DNA of 64,000 bases from Paraspadella gotoi (taxonomy: Eukaryota; Animalia; Chaetognatha), in NCBI GenBank assembly GCA_051294375.1, contig JBJCIZ010000239.1:1940581-2004580 (forward strand), read 5' to 3'. This document shows, one piece after another, positions 11,401 through 24,500 of the stretch. Positions within the stretch are counted from its first letter, which is position 1. Every line of letters starts with the position of its first letter. A program made the translations under genes and the position numbers. The notes beneath the pieces were generated by a model, which was not told the DNA's origin, did not search any database, and saw only the letters and a program-made list of their open reading frames with translations.

Positions 11401-12361
11401 CTTTCTCCGTCCACGACGCCGATCGAACAGGCGCGATGGGAGAGAGCGTTCGAAACACTGCCCTCTTCTTCGACTTTTTTTCGCCCGACTGTCGCGTGTT
11501 CGTCGGTCCCGTAGGCATCTTCGGAGGCTTCCCCGAAGGGACGGGATGAACGCGTCTTTCCGTCCAAGCCGCGGCGACGACGGGCGACTCTCCCTGAGGA
11601 GCTCCGTCGCCGAGAAGGGGAAACGAACCCGCGTCGACTTTGGCCGAGGAATCGGCGGCCACGAGGGTCGGACGAATTCTTCTTTTCGGCGTCGCGGCCG
11701 CGACGGCGCTGGAGGCGCTGGTGGCGACGGCTTCGAGCGGCGACGTGGAGGACGACTGTTTGAGGGAGGGAAAGTCCATAACATTTTCGGGATTCGGCGG
11801 CGGCGGAAGAGGCGGCGATTTTCGATTAGGCTGGAATCTCTTATCGTTGGACGCCCGGGCGCCGCCTCCGTTTCTGTCGCCGTTTTTGTTGTTACGTTCG
11901 TTGTAGTTGGACCTATTCCTCCTTCCCTGCATTCTCTCGTTCAACTTGGCCGACTGAGTATGATCCATCTTCTCCAACCCTCGGCCGTTTTCTTGGCCGG
12001 GCTTCTTTCGTCGGGCATCGTCGTTGGGCGTGGCGCCGCCGCCGCCTCCGCCAGTCGAGGAAAACGAAAGACTGCGGGAAGAGTTGGAGGCGGATTTTCT
12101 CGGTCGCTGATCTGAGACGGGACGGGGCTCGAACGGCGTCGTCGCGCCGGGAGCTGCTGCTGCTGCAGCGGTGCCGTCTCTCTGCAGCGTCCGTCCCGTT
12201 TCTTCCCTGAGGTGATGGAGGAAGAGAGGAACGAAGTCTCGTCTGGCGTCGTCGCCGAAATCTTCCAGTTTTTCGCGATCGAAGAGAATCCACTCGATCA
12301 ACGCGTCCACCGACAAATCCTCGGTCAGGACGCGGTTCAGGATTTGATGGAACACCTCCAT
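8465..12361 (-). CDS. CDAN1: Codanin-1, single exon
   Basis: N-terminal FVPLFLHHLREET; DFPSL and PKRRIRPT (ASF1-binding B-domain-like); VPFQPETDDRSNF..FHHFKKVRDNFYELLREW; C-terminal SFFSLHQASLKKSVEFVAERVSSKCIK. Confidence 0.9.
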   Translation of the reverse strand: MEVFHQILNRVLTEDLSVDALIEWILFDREKLEDFGDDARRDFVPLFLHHLREETGRTLQRDGTAAAAAAPGATTPFEPRPVSDQRPRKSASNSSRSLSFSSTGGGGGGATPNDDARRKKPGQENGRGLEKMDHTQSAKLNERMQGRRNRSNYNERNNKNGDRNGGGARASNDKRFQPNRKSPPLPPPPNPENVMDFPSLKQSSSTSPLEAVATSASSAVAAATPKRRIRPTLVAADSSAKVDAGSFPLLGDGAPQGESPVVAAAWTERRVHPVPSGKPPKMPTGPTNTRQSGEKKSKKRAVFRTLSPIAPVRSASWTEKENVPPLANNSAFGDSDADVSTLSNCSSLIAPSSSVNSLATFEGTNSLLTPTKPDMSSRGFTTPVKNKSVNEPPDLPSASSTPLKSVQSSPGPEFEDAVLSKVTKVDQLARLASLYGSILREGLATNLAAEIYYLADLVTACHVAKDLSDSVAELLLETQSYLHSIHNIVFFAVKTLSLIKEVLSIFDGAAVKLIADNKRIAAFEPALLEHLEALKLKTREDHETSLTTSKFGLFSIHSTPGVPFQPETDDRSNFTCDRSFHHFKKVRDNFYELLREWQDSHASAGWTIWDAMGSKIGALVRSTYPYLATRVHFARLFKSQLLLMCATNPGGASSLGDSAVEDNALLSDMRRTNPEKYNRLKERFVKPAVRLGPAPPPAFSGIQEFFRDFVVVADCDSFNRLLSDSIHAEILCLEGSLDDFDEESEDESEENSDKLSTTLTQLTILAKFYGFLKFLPYRSATKLPSAIQAELLDLRQSSSTDGAVDFFSRKLDDSMSRGRLVLNLPWIVAFLSQMDAVSLKMSPALEILRRLKELHSSVRLSNRGAQILPPRNQFLLTFTIGWVFDVLNLEYPEVFPPNPRRKDFRFSGIDASPVIGDKFFSNSFSFLNEIKAKFAEFSSGTNKRNCSNAAGATVRKITPLSMSFNEEPSKRSTPSGNSEKQLHRSIRESFFSLHQASLKKSVEFVAERVSSKCIKRLKHFAKTTLLPGGKEKLRARFSNVSSGTQPVSQPSQFVATEVAALVCGLQTERKTFAEPFCSEEIKSILPSLLSPELDAKIVEFSVTISLQTSVEKVESWVATYLDFKYFEKELSGEWDKLNKNVNKPSPEPEQTSVIPGNEIVHDETRSTASEILISFKETFQTLIVRRGYHSDGTDWDSLGHKINRLFLTAYDTCRNRDDVSPSVYKNLSRLSVDLTLYFFDSHVDGFSSQADILSSAIRFWAMPELKTLVTVILEGKVSNCKISAVVDFCSRCIKLLSD

Positions 12362-13271
12362 CCTTTTAAACTTTCTTTTTTAACTTTTAGTTTTTTCTGT
12401 TTTAGTTTATTTTTTTTTAAATTCCCTAAAACATAATCCTGAAATCAAAAGAGGGGAAAAAAATTGTTTTAAGGGAATATTCGGGATGATTCCCCTTCTC
12501 TTTTTCTCCGCGAATCGCAATCATTTTTTTTTCCTCAAAAAAAAAGTCTGGACAACAAAAAAAGGAAAAAAAAGTAGGGTAGGGGGAAGGAAAGTGGGGG
12601 CGCCAGAAGGGAGCGAAGGGAGCGAGAAGGGGAGGGGGAAATTTAATATCTCGATGTTTTTAGAGCAAAACATTGTTTGTTTTTCTTTCAACAACAATTT
12701 GAAAACAAGTTTGTTTTTTTTTGTCGAGTGACAATCTTGTAATATAATCTGATAATAGCACTATAATTTGAGATGCTCGACGTAACCGCGGAATTACGGA
12801 CGACTCCACTTTTTCTCTCTTCCAGAATTTCCGCCGCTAAAATCATCGACGGGTTTTCGTTTCGAAATCCACGGGACGAAACAAAAAGCGGGAAAAACCA
12901 AAATTACGGATTCTCAATTCGTTCCCGACCTCGTGTGTGGGGAGAGGGGGGGGGAACAACAGATCGCAAAAGAGTCATGAGATGAAGTGCGCGGAAAAAT
13001 CTTACTCGTTGACAAATTTGGAGGAGAAAAACTTTAATTCCGTAACTGAGTTGAACATCCTAATTTTTGATAATAAGGAATTAAAGACTCCTCAATATAA
13101 ATTGCAAATGCTTGTAAAAAGTAAGTGCTTAAATTAACATTATTTGTCTCATCGGTAATAAGAACGCGCCTCGTCTCAAGACTATTTTCGTCCGTCTTTT
13201 TGCTCCCCCCCCGGCCTCCACCCTCGAAGGAGCTTGAAAACAAACCGGAAGAAAAAAATTATGAAAAGAGT

Positions 13272-15367
13272 TTACATGTGATTGGCCGGGGTCGGGGCGT
13301 ACGAGCTGTGAGACGTCGGGTGGTAAGAGTAAGTCCCAGGATGAAGTCCGGAAGGAGCGTAAGGCATTTGCTGGGCTACCGGGGGACCCGGATATCCGGG
13401 ATGAGAAGGCGGCGGCGGCGGATAATAAACGCCGGGAGCGGCCGCGTTGGCGGCGGGGGCGCCGCCGACCGCCGCCGATGGGAAACCCGGCGGAGGATGA
13501 GGATACGGAGGCGGAGGTTGCTGCGGGTAAGGATAAGGGTGGGAATGGTGAGGAGGCGCTCCCGACGCCGCCGCCGCCGCCGCGTGCGCGGCCGCATGCG
13601 CCGCCGCGTGCGCCGCCGGATGATAAGACGCGGGTGGAAGATAAGTGGGCGCCACGGCCGTGACGGCGCTCAACTGCGTAGGTTGGGCGCCGGCCGGCGC
13701 CGCGGGCTGAGTCGGAGGCGCCGGCGGGTGAGGTTGCGACGCGGGGTGTTGAGTCCTCGTCGATCCTCCGCTCAACAAATGCTGAATCGTCTTCTGACCC
13801 TCCGTGTTTAAAAAGGATCCGCCGTATTGAGACACGTATGGATTGAAGGAGGCGTAGTCGGGCGCCGCAACCGTCGAGGAAGACGGTGGATGGTAGGCCT
13901 CTTCGCGGGCGTGAGAGTTCGCCCCGACGCCGCTTCGTTGCGGCGTGTTGGTGGCGGAAGCGGAACGCGAGGACGGCTCGCTGGCGCCGAGAACCCGCAA
14001 CGCCGCCGGACCGGAAGGATTGTGAGAGTGCGCACCGACGGCGGCGGCGGCAGCGGCCGAGGACGGAGCGCTGTTGTGAGACGACGGCTGCGGCGGATTG
14101 AGAGCGTTAGCGTGTCCTTGCGGGTGCGAAGGCGCGTGGGCGGAGGCGGCGACGCCGCGACCCGAACTCGACTGCGTAGGAGTCTGTCCCGCCGAACTAG
14201 GCGTGTGGCCGGCGCTGGTCGGCGTCCCACCCGCCGGCTGATTCGGCGACCGCGTATCGGACTTTTGAGGGACGGACGAGTACAGGTCCAGGACTTGGTG
14301 ACAAATGTCCTCCAAAAGGGGCTGAGTCACGCCTTCCACCAAAGATTCGAACCATTTCATCCTGAGTAATAGAAGGAGAATGAAGAATCATTCGGCCCAT
14401 TTAACTCACCCAGACCACTGTAAGGACAGGTAAGTTCGACCCACTTGATGGAAGGATCCCGGCCGACCCAGTCTTTGATTTCCAGCTTGGTAAGGCGCGA
14501 GGCGAGAAACATGAGCGCCACGGCGATGACGTCCGGCTCCCATTGCAGGTGAAGCGTGGTTTGCAGCGAGTCGTTGATGAACGTCCACGCCATCTGGACC
14601 ATCTTTTGTTTCTTCTCGTCGTTGACGTTGCGGATGTTCTTGGCGTATCTGGAGGACGAGAAGGGCGGGGCGCAAGGAGCGGCGGAACAAAAAAGAAATT
14701 CGTTGTTCAATTTTTCTCTAGATTATTAACTTTCTAAACTAAGTCACTGACTTTAGCAAATAAGAGTAGGAATGATCCACTTGCAGATCGAAGTTCATCG
14801 TCTGTAGCAAAATCCGTTCCAAGATCATGACCTCTTCCTTGGGGTCTTCCCCGAACTGCACGAATTTGCTGTCGTCCAAGAGAGCCCGAGCGAATTTGAT
14901 CAAGTCTTTGCATTTCTTCGGAGTCTCTTCCACCTTTCCCGCTGGGAATGACATCAATGAAGTTAATGTAAATATTTTCATTTCTATAGCGTTGCCAAGA
15001 CAACTGACCATGACCATTGACCACCCTTACCCAGAAACAAACAGCACGTGGCCGTCACGTAGCGCGGAAAGTCTTTGAAGGATCGAAACATGTAAAAGCG
15101 ATGGAAATACAAGACTCCCGTCCAAATCGTGTCGAATCGAAGACCCATCTTGTTCCCGATGTCCAGTATGAGGCGCGCCCCTTCCCGACGATATCTGCCA
15201 CAGTTTTTTGTTTTTTTTTAACAAACAGTTGGTTAATAAACTTGTTAAAAGTAACCTCACCTCGACTCCGTGTCATTGTCCATTCCATCCCGGAACGAGG
15301 GCGTGTTCTTGAGCTCCTTTTTGTCAAAGTACCATGTGTTGTTGGCGGGGAGAGGCATGTTCTTCAT
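13272..15367 (-). CDS. CCNK: Cyclin K, 5 exons, Pro/His/Ala-rich tail
   Basis: [13 protein letters not shown]; YRREGAR; [10 protein letters not shown]; [17 protein letters not shown]; [19 protein letters not shown]; [14 protein letters not shown]. Confidence 0.93.
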
Positions 15368-15881
15368 GGCACAAAAAAAGCCGAGACACGAAAATGACGC
15401 GGGGAGAAAGAAAGATACGGCCTTAAAAAAAAAAAAAGATTTACAAAATAGTTTTCAGTCAAATTATTAAAAATTCCGCTATGCACCCCCCCCCCCACTC
15501 ACTTGTTAGCGTAAAACCATTCGGCCGCGAACGAAACTGGAAACGCGCGTCAACGAATTTCCCTCATTTTGTTTATTTCTTGAAAAAGAAAAGTTGGTGA
15601 AGTCGATCGATTCCCGGGTCTTGTGCAAAAGTGGGAAAAAAACTGGTATATTTCTTTTCTCTTCACTCGACGCAAAGTTCGTACATTTTTAAACTTTTAA
15701 GCACTGAAAGAAAATATATATAACTGAACATAAATTTCTCTTGAAGCTCGATTTTTTTTTCTTTTCGAAGAAACGGAAAAAAAAAAGAACAAGAAACGAA
15801 TTTCTATAACAAAATCCCGCAGCCGAGAAAAACGATGTTGTTGTCGCGTTTTTCAGAGAAAGAGAGACAAAGTCCGTCACG

Positions 15882-15915
<34 letters not shown>

Positions 15916-15916
15916 C

Positions 15917-16654
<738 letters not shown>

Positions 16655-17360
16655 TCTTTCTGTTCGTTTTTGATTCGACTACGAAATTCGATTTAAAACT
16701 GAAAGATTAAGATGACGTGGAAATAAAGTCCGGCTAATAATGTAAGTTACATTTTAACGAGTGGAAAGTGGTAATTTTCGTTTTTTTTATAACATGGATG
16801 TAACAACGTGACAGCTTAGTTTGTTAACTTAAGAGTTACAAGAAACATCGAGTCAATTTCACGATATAAACAAACAAAAACTAACAGCAAACCTAAAAAA
16901 GTGTAACCCATTTCATTTTCTTTAAAAGATAGTAAATAGTCGAATTTTTTTTCCTTATTTAGCAACGACCAGGGGCATGATTGAATGTGAGAAGCCGATT
17001 TTTTTTCCGAGAGAGAAAATAAAAACAACATGGAATGTCGGAAAAAAAACCCACAAAATAAAAAAACACTAAATCATAAGCCGACGGTATCATGCCTGAA
17101 AGGGAAGATGCGAGAGAGAGAAAGAGAGAGAGGGGGTGTGTAAAAAAGGAGAGCAAAGGGGAAAAAAAGAGCAGAAAAGAAAGATTTTTTTTTTCAAGAT
17201 CCCGTCTACAATATATCGACATAAAAAAAACTACTAACGCTATAAAAAAAAAAAAAAAATTAAAAAACAGAGACGACGAAGGCTTATGCAATTCCCCCCC
17301 CCCCAACCCAAACACGCAAGAAACGTAGATAAATATATTCATTGATTTTTATCGAAGATT

Positions 17361-18301
17361 TCACGTGTGCACTTGGTGGGGTTCGGCGAAGATCGCGATC
17401 TCTATGCACCTCAATCCCCTCTCGATCGGATCGGTGAGCAAGAGTCCCCGCGGGAGATAGACCTCCTCGTTCTGTTCGGCGATGTAACGGGCGACCTTCT
17501 TGAGAGTCTTGTCGTAGTGGCTGTCCATGCAGAAGAAGATCATGTAGGCCGTCATGCAGGAGAAACACCCTGTATTGGGACATAAAATGGGTAAAGGAAG
17601 GGCGGAGATGGTAAGGAAGAAATTGGACTACGGTGGACGGGTGATAAAGTACAAAAGATGTTTTATTAACAATTATACAAAAAGAAAAAGCACTCAAAAA
17701 AAAAAATTCTGTCAAACCCTTCCCAATCCCCCCCAAAAAGTAAGCTATCAAATTACTGTCAAATAATAACTGTAAAATAAACTGTCCAAATTTAGGGGCA
17801 AGATAATTTATTTATTAAATGAATGGATAATTTTTATATTGGTTGTACCAATTTCATAAAATGAAGTTCATTTACATTTAATAATGGTACTGATACATAA
17901 ATGACATGAATCAAATCAGAAATCAAATTCAACCAATCATTTACTCAAAAAAAAAAAAAAAGAAAAAAAAAGAATCAATACAATCGACTCGCAGAATTCA
18001 AATCGATTCCAAATAATCATTCAAATCAAAATCGCAAACCAACGTGACGCCCCTCCGCCCCCCCAAGATCCCCACCTTCGCAGAGGGTCTTCCCGTCAAT
18101 CATTTCGGCCTCGGCGTAAAGCTGATTCAAGTTGTTGAGGGTGTTCTCGTAGGTTCCGCGTTCCACCTTGTTCTCCAACTCCGGAGGAAACTTGGTGGAG
18201 AATCGGCAGTTGGTGCCGTCCGAGAAATCCCGCTGGACGAAGATCTTCGTGCAAGGGATGCGGGAAGATTCCTCGGCGTGAGGCGCCGCGGCCGTCGCCA
18301 T
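17361..18301 (-). CDS. GOLGA7: Golgin A7 / GCP16 (palmitoyltransferase cofactor), 2 exons
   Basis: [25 protein letters not shown]; EG|CFSCMTAY; [21 protein letters not shown]. Confidence 0.93.
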
Positions 18302-18592
18302 CGCGACCCGAAGGGGGGGGGGTTGACTAGGAAACGACTAGAGTTCGATTTTTCGGTTTTTTTTTTTTTACAGGGGAGCGTTACTGTTTGACATAAGTTT
18401 GTTTACGATTCGTTTTTATTCATTTTTCATTCACTGTAAAAAATAAAGCGAAGAATAAAATTTGCAATGGGTAAAAATAAAAATTTCAAGGAGATGGCGG
18501 ATCAACGAGAAAAATTTAAAAACATCAATAAACAAACTTAACCTATAACAAACAAAAAAATAATATTGATCAGAAAAAAAAAGACAAGGAAG

Positions 18593-21500
18593 TCATTGCG
18601 GCAAATCGAAATAACTCGTGGCGTCGGACAAGAGGCTGAAGTTGGTCGTCGCGAGGCGCTTCGAACCGGATCGGCCGGGGGAGGCGGAGGGGCTCCGCGA
18701 GGTTATCCGAGGACCGTAGGCGACGGACCATTCCGGGGATTTCCCGACGGCAGATGCGTCGACGCTGAGTTCGGTGACTTCGGTGAAGGAAGGTTCGAGG
18801 GTGGAGTTTTTCACGGACGGAGCTTTGGGTTTCGGCGAGGGAGATCGACGGAGAGGATCGGACGGATGGACGGATTGAGGGATGGAGGCGGAGAGGGACA
18901 CCTGCGTCGACAAGGGACTCGGACTTCGTCGATCGGAGACATAGCTTCGATCTTCGCGCAAGACTTCCTGTCGACAGCGAGGGCTCGCGGCGCGGGCGGA
19001 CGGCTCCGGAAGTTCCCGGCGAGCGAAGGACGAAGGGATTCTTCCGGCGGATGCGATTTTCTCGGCCAAGAACTTTTCGACGGGCAAGTGCGGGCTTTCC
19101 GGACGACGGGGTTTTTCGGACACCGCGGATTGCACCATGGAATCGAATCCCTTATTCAATAGTTTCGTAAGTTGAAACTGGATTTCGGAGTGATCAGTCT
19201 GTGGAGTAGCGCAAATGCTTTCGATTCCGTCGACGTAATACTTTCGCAGAGTCTGAGCGATTTTCTTTCTCTCTTTGTAAACCGCTTCCGTTTGAGTCTT
19301 TTCGAAATGTTCCTTCAAATCTCGAATGTATTGCAAAACGTCGGATTTGATTTTGTTCAAAGAGGCGATGTAATGATTCGTCAGATCTTTTCCCAATCTC
19401 GAAATTTGGTTCTCGTCTTCTTCGCGGTTTCTCGATTTACATTTGTCAAGTCTTTCGCGGTAACTTTTCTTCAAATTCTCCAACTTTCTATTTAACGCGT
19501 CCAATTCTTGGCCGTGCCTTCCTACGGAGTCTTTCAACGAAGCCGTCGTCTCCAAATTGTCTCGGTATTTCTCCTGTAATTCGAGGAAATCCACGCGATA
19601 CTTTTCCAACTCGGAATTTTTCACGGACATCGAAGACAAGTGGTTTTTCAGTTTGGAGATTTCCTCTTCATACTGATGCACCATGATTTTAAACTTTTCG
19701 TCGATGACGGCCGAGGCTTTCTGCCATTTGTCCAATTGCTCTTGAGCCAACAAATAATCCTCTTCCTTTTCGCGATACAATTTGGCGTACTTGTCTCTTT
19801 CCGTCGCTACATCCTTCATACCCCTTTCGAAATCATGCTCCAAATCGAGACGCAAAGACTTCAATTGCTCTTCGACGAGGCCATCCACGCTCTTCAACTT
19901 TAATGATTTCCTTCTCATCTCTTGTTGAATTCTTTGCAGTTGATCCTCGTACTGGAGTTTCGTGGTTTCCAGTTGCTGTTGCGACTTTTCCAAATGCACT
20001 TTGATTGTTTTCAATTCTTCATCTTTTTCCGCGACGAGGCGCGCATTCTTTTTATGTTCGCTCATTTGCATTTCAGCAGATTTCAATTCGCTTTTTAATT
20101 TCTCAATTTCTTTTTCATACGAGTTAATATTCGATTGCAATTGTTTTAAGTTTTGGTCCGAATATTTCATCTCATTGGCTTGCCTTTCATCAAACTTTTT
20201 TTTAGCCTCTTCCAAGGAATCATTCAACTTCATTTCATAATTTTTCTGTAACTCATGTAATTTCAATTGGTAACGAGTCTCTTGTCGTATTTTTTCAGAG
20301 TTTATGGCTTCGATTTTTTCTTTATCGGCCGACTGATTGGCACGACTTAGTTTTTCCTCTAACGCTTTAATTTGAGCCGTTAACTTGTGGTTTTCCTCTC
20401 GCGAAGAATCGTTGATCGAATTTGACATAGATCTTTTATCATTCATTTGTTCTTCCAATTCTGCAACATGATTTTTCAGTTTCTCAATCATCAAATTTTT
20501 CTCTTCCAAGTCTTTCAGTTTCAATTGAAAATCTTCGCTTTGCGTTTCTTTAGCATCTAGGATTTTTCCATGCTCTGTCTGTAAGTTGTTTTTACTTTCA
20601 ATCAAAGTATTCTTCTCACATTCCAACATATTCTTCTGCTCATTCAAATCTTTAATCCTTGACAACAACTGATTCTCAGACTCTTTAACAGCTTCCGCCA
20701 GCCTCTTCTCCATCTCCTCCGCCATCTTTTCCTTTTCCAGCAACATCTCGTCCCGCGATTCCTTCGACAACTTAATATAATTCTGCCGCGCGCTGTTGAC
20801 ATCGTCCTCAGCGGCGGCCAAGTTGGCCTTCAACTCCTCTAACTCCTCCGTCAAAACCTTTCGATCTTCCTCCGCCTCCTCGGCCATCCGTCGCGCCAAA
20901 TCTTGCTTGGCCGATTCGTAAAAAGCGATGCAAGCGTCGCGCGCTTCGTCGACGGATCTCTTCTCTCTCTCCTCGAACTCCGCGTCTTTTCTTTCCAACT
21001 TTTCGCTCAATTCTCGATTAACCAACATGAGCTGCTCTTCTCCGGAAATTAGTTCATCAATGCGAATCTGCAAGTGACTCAAGGAATCTTCCATCTCGGA
21101 TTTTTCTCTTTTCAAAGTTTCCAACTCGGCGGACAAATTCCGCTCCCTCTCCGTCATAAAGATCCTCTGTTCGAGCGGCTTCGTTTCGTTAGTATCCCCA
21201 CTGTTGCGGTTATCATTGCTGTTGTTATTGTTGTTCCCACTTCTCAACTCTGCCCGCAGACTCTCGCACAACTCTTCCTTCTCGCTCAACTTCGCCTGGA
21301 GATTCTCTATCATAGTTCTCTTCATTCGAATCGTCTTCAACGCTCGTTCCAACTCGGACTTGAGTCCCAAACTCTCTTCTTCTACTTCCGGCTCCGTGAT
21401 CTTCACAGTCTTCTCAATCTCCGGCGTGTCGAAATTCAAATTCTTTCTCACGGTTTCCTCCACGCCCACGCCCACTCTCGACGCCGTCCTCAACTGCTCC

Positions 21501-24500
21501 TTCAACTCTACAACTTCCGCCATCAACGTCTGGCAAAGAGTGTCCCTCTCGCCCTTCGACTCTCTCGCCCTCGAAACTTCCGCCTTCAATTGTTCGATTT
21601 CCATCACGGATCCGCTCCGCAGCAGCTCTGCGCACTGACGCTGCGTCTCTTCCAGACTCCGGCTCAACCGGTTGATAGTCTCCGCGCGTTCCATCAACGC
21701 CTTCTCGTGACCCCGAGTCACGGCGTCCAATTCCGCCCTCAATCTCGTCGACAAATTCTCCTTCTCGTTCAAGAGTTGGAGCGTCTCCTGAGTGCGCCGG
21801 TCGAAGGCGGCCACCTCTTCCTTGTGGCGAGAAACGATGCCGGCCACGATCTCTTCGTGCTCCCTCTTGGCGCGGGCGAGGGTGTCCGCGCGGGAGAGAT
21901 CCTCCAGCTGGCGCCGGAGGGAGACGATCTCTTCCTCGGCGGCGCGGAGGCGCCCTGCGGCGTCTGCGCGCGCCGTTTCGGAAGAGCTCAACTGCGATTG
22001 AGTCTCGCGGAGTTGAGAGGAAAGATAATCCGATTGGGAGTCTTGCTCCTGCTGCGCGGCTTCGAGCCTGAGATGGAAAAAGTTCTGTTAGTTATCATTA
22101 TAAGCTGTTATTATGAATTAAAATTGTACATAAATCGTATTTACATAAAACCGTGCGGCGTCTTTAGCCTAAAGTTTTATTTAAAACATATATTCGGCTT
22201 AAAATGCCTTTCAAAAACAACTAACGCTAAAGTTTCGGTTGTTATACGACTGACCTTGGATGGTCGTTTATGTATTCTATTCTTATATCTGTAATATTTG
22301 ATTTTAATTGATCAATGAATCAAAATACAGATAATAATTTTTTTTTTACAAACATTTTCATCCATTTGTTAGCAAAAACAAATTTGAGATTCAACAACGA
22401 TTTGTTTCTTTATGAACGGACATGTTTCGACTTTGTTTTTCAAGTCTTCATCAGCGTTTTGACTTGAAAAATCGAAACATGTCCGTTGATAAATAAAAAA
22501 ATCGTTGTTGAATCTCGAATTTGTTTTTGCTAATCACTCTACACAACGAAAAGAAAGGATTAATACACTACATCCATTTGTTTAATTTAACTTTGAAATT
22601 CGTAATAATACATAACTTTATCGCGCTAATTATAAAACTTAACTTATCAAGTGAAATGAACATAATTCACAAACCTGTCAATAGTATCCTTTAATTGCAT
22701 ATTTTCTTCGCCAGCCAGATTAACTTGATGCTTCAACATCCTTAAAAAAAACAACCCGAAGGACGATCTTTTCATTGAGTCATCGATGGTGACGAAGACG
22801 ATATAACCAACGTTTCATATCAACTTCATTTCATTTCACGTCTGAAACTCACCGGATCTCACGGTCGCTGTCTTCCTTCAATATGTGAAACTCGTTGGTG
22901 ACTTCCTCCAGACGACGTCCCCTCGCCTTGTAAAGGATCTGCAACTGCGCCATCTGACGCTCCTCCGGCGACGCAGTAAGTCGTTCGGAATCTGGAAACG
23001 AGGGCGAGTTATGAAAGCTCTCTCATTTTGTCCATCAACGCGACTACACAGTTCTTACCATTTCGTTGTTGAGGCACGGGTTGATAATTGATCTCCTCGC
23101 CGTATAGGTAAGGCGCGTGATCCGCGGATGATCGAGTATCGAAATGGTGATGGCTGAAAAGAATTAAAAAAGGACGCAAGTCTCCACATACTAAAAAAAA
23201 GGCAAATATTTAAATATCATTTGCATATCGCAGTATTTTCATATATGTTTATAAGATTTTCAAAAAAAATATTTTTATAAAAAAAAATATACTTGGCTTT
23301 GTATTTTGTCTCCTAATTTAGTTTTGTACTACATCATACAAAAATATTTTTTTAAATTTTTTTTCCAATTGCAGCTGTTCGATATCACTTTCTACGACTT
23401 ATACTTTTATACGGGGGATATTTGGGAAAAATGATTTTTGTTTCACAACGAATTTTATTTTGTGAAAAAAAAATCATTTTGCCCAAATACATACAACAAC
23501 GAAAAAGAAAAGTTATTACCACTACGGGGGATATTATATAATGTGAAGATGCCTTTTTGTTGCGTCCTAGTCAACGTCAACGTCAAAGCGTCATTTTCTG
23601 AGCAGTATATCTGAAATTTTTTATTGGGTCACAGTCAACGTCATTACGTCATTTTCATTGCTGTATACGCTTGGTTTTTTGAGTTACAGTTATTATTACT
23701 AGTAATAATAGTATACTATTATTACGCCACTTTCAGTGTTGTATGGGTTTGATTATTTTATTGACTATTGAGTTAACAAAAAAAATGCATATTGAGTTTG
23801 AGATTATAAAAATTTGGAAAATGGAATAAACCTCACGACATCGGTTATCAGAAAAAAAAACCAATGATTTAAACAAAAATTTAGTCGCAAAATGAAATCT
23901 TTTTTTTTTCTACAGTTAAATAAAAAAAGGAAAACTGGGAAATAAGAAAAAAAAAACTTTCAAATTGAATGATTTTTGGTCTTTTCCTGCTATGAGGATT
24001 AAGAGAAAAAAAGAAAGAAAAAAAAACAACTATTTTTAATTAGTTAATTTATTGAGAAAGATACAATATCTCGAAGGCCATAAAATATAAACTAAATATA
24101 AAAAAAAGAAAATTTTCTCTCACCCGTTGCGCTCTTCCTCGGCGACTCCTTCGTAATTTCCATTCCTCACACGAACGTCGTTCCAATTGTGATCCTGAAC
24201 CGTTTTCTGCCGAAAGTCGACGCCGAGGTCTTCGTAACCGTAGACGTCGCGCTGTCCGCGAACGGCGTCGTCTTCGTAGGCGTTCTCGTGAAAATCCGCG
24301 CCGGGCGTCCGTCGGTCGGAGGCGACGCGGGGATGGAGGGAAGGATCGTCGTCGTCGTCGTCGTCGTCGTCGTCGGAAAGAAGATCGTCGTCTGATTTTC
24401 GAAGATAAAACAAAAAAAATACTATAGATAAGAACAATATAATAAATATGCGTTTCTTATGAAATGGTTAATTTTAATTCTAATTCAGTAAGTTATTTGC

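Noticed and set aside
15881-15914. (GAC)n tract directly after the RPS15 stop
   Set aside because: Simple trinucleotide microsatellite in a genome rich in gac/cgt runs
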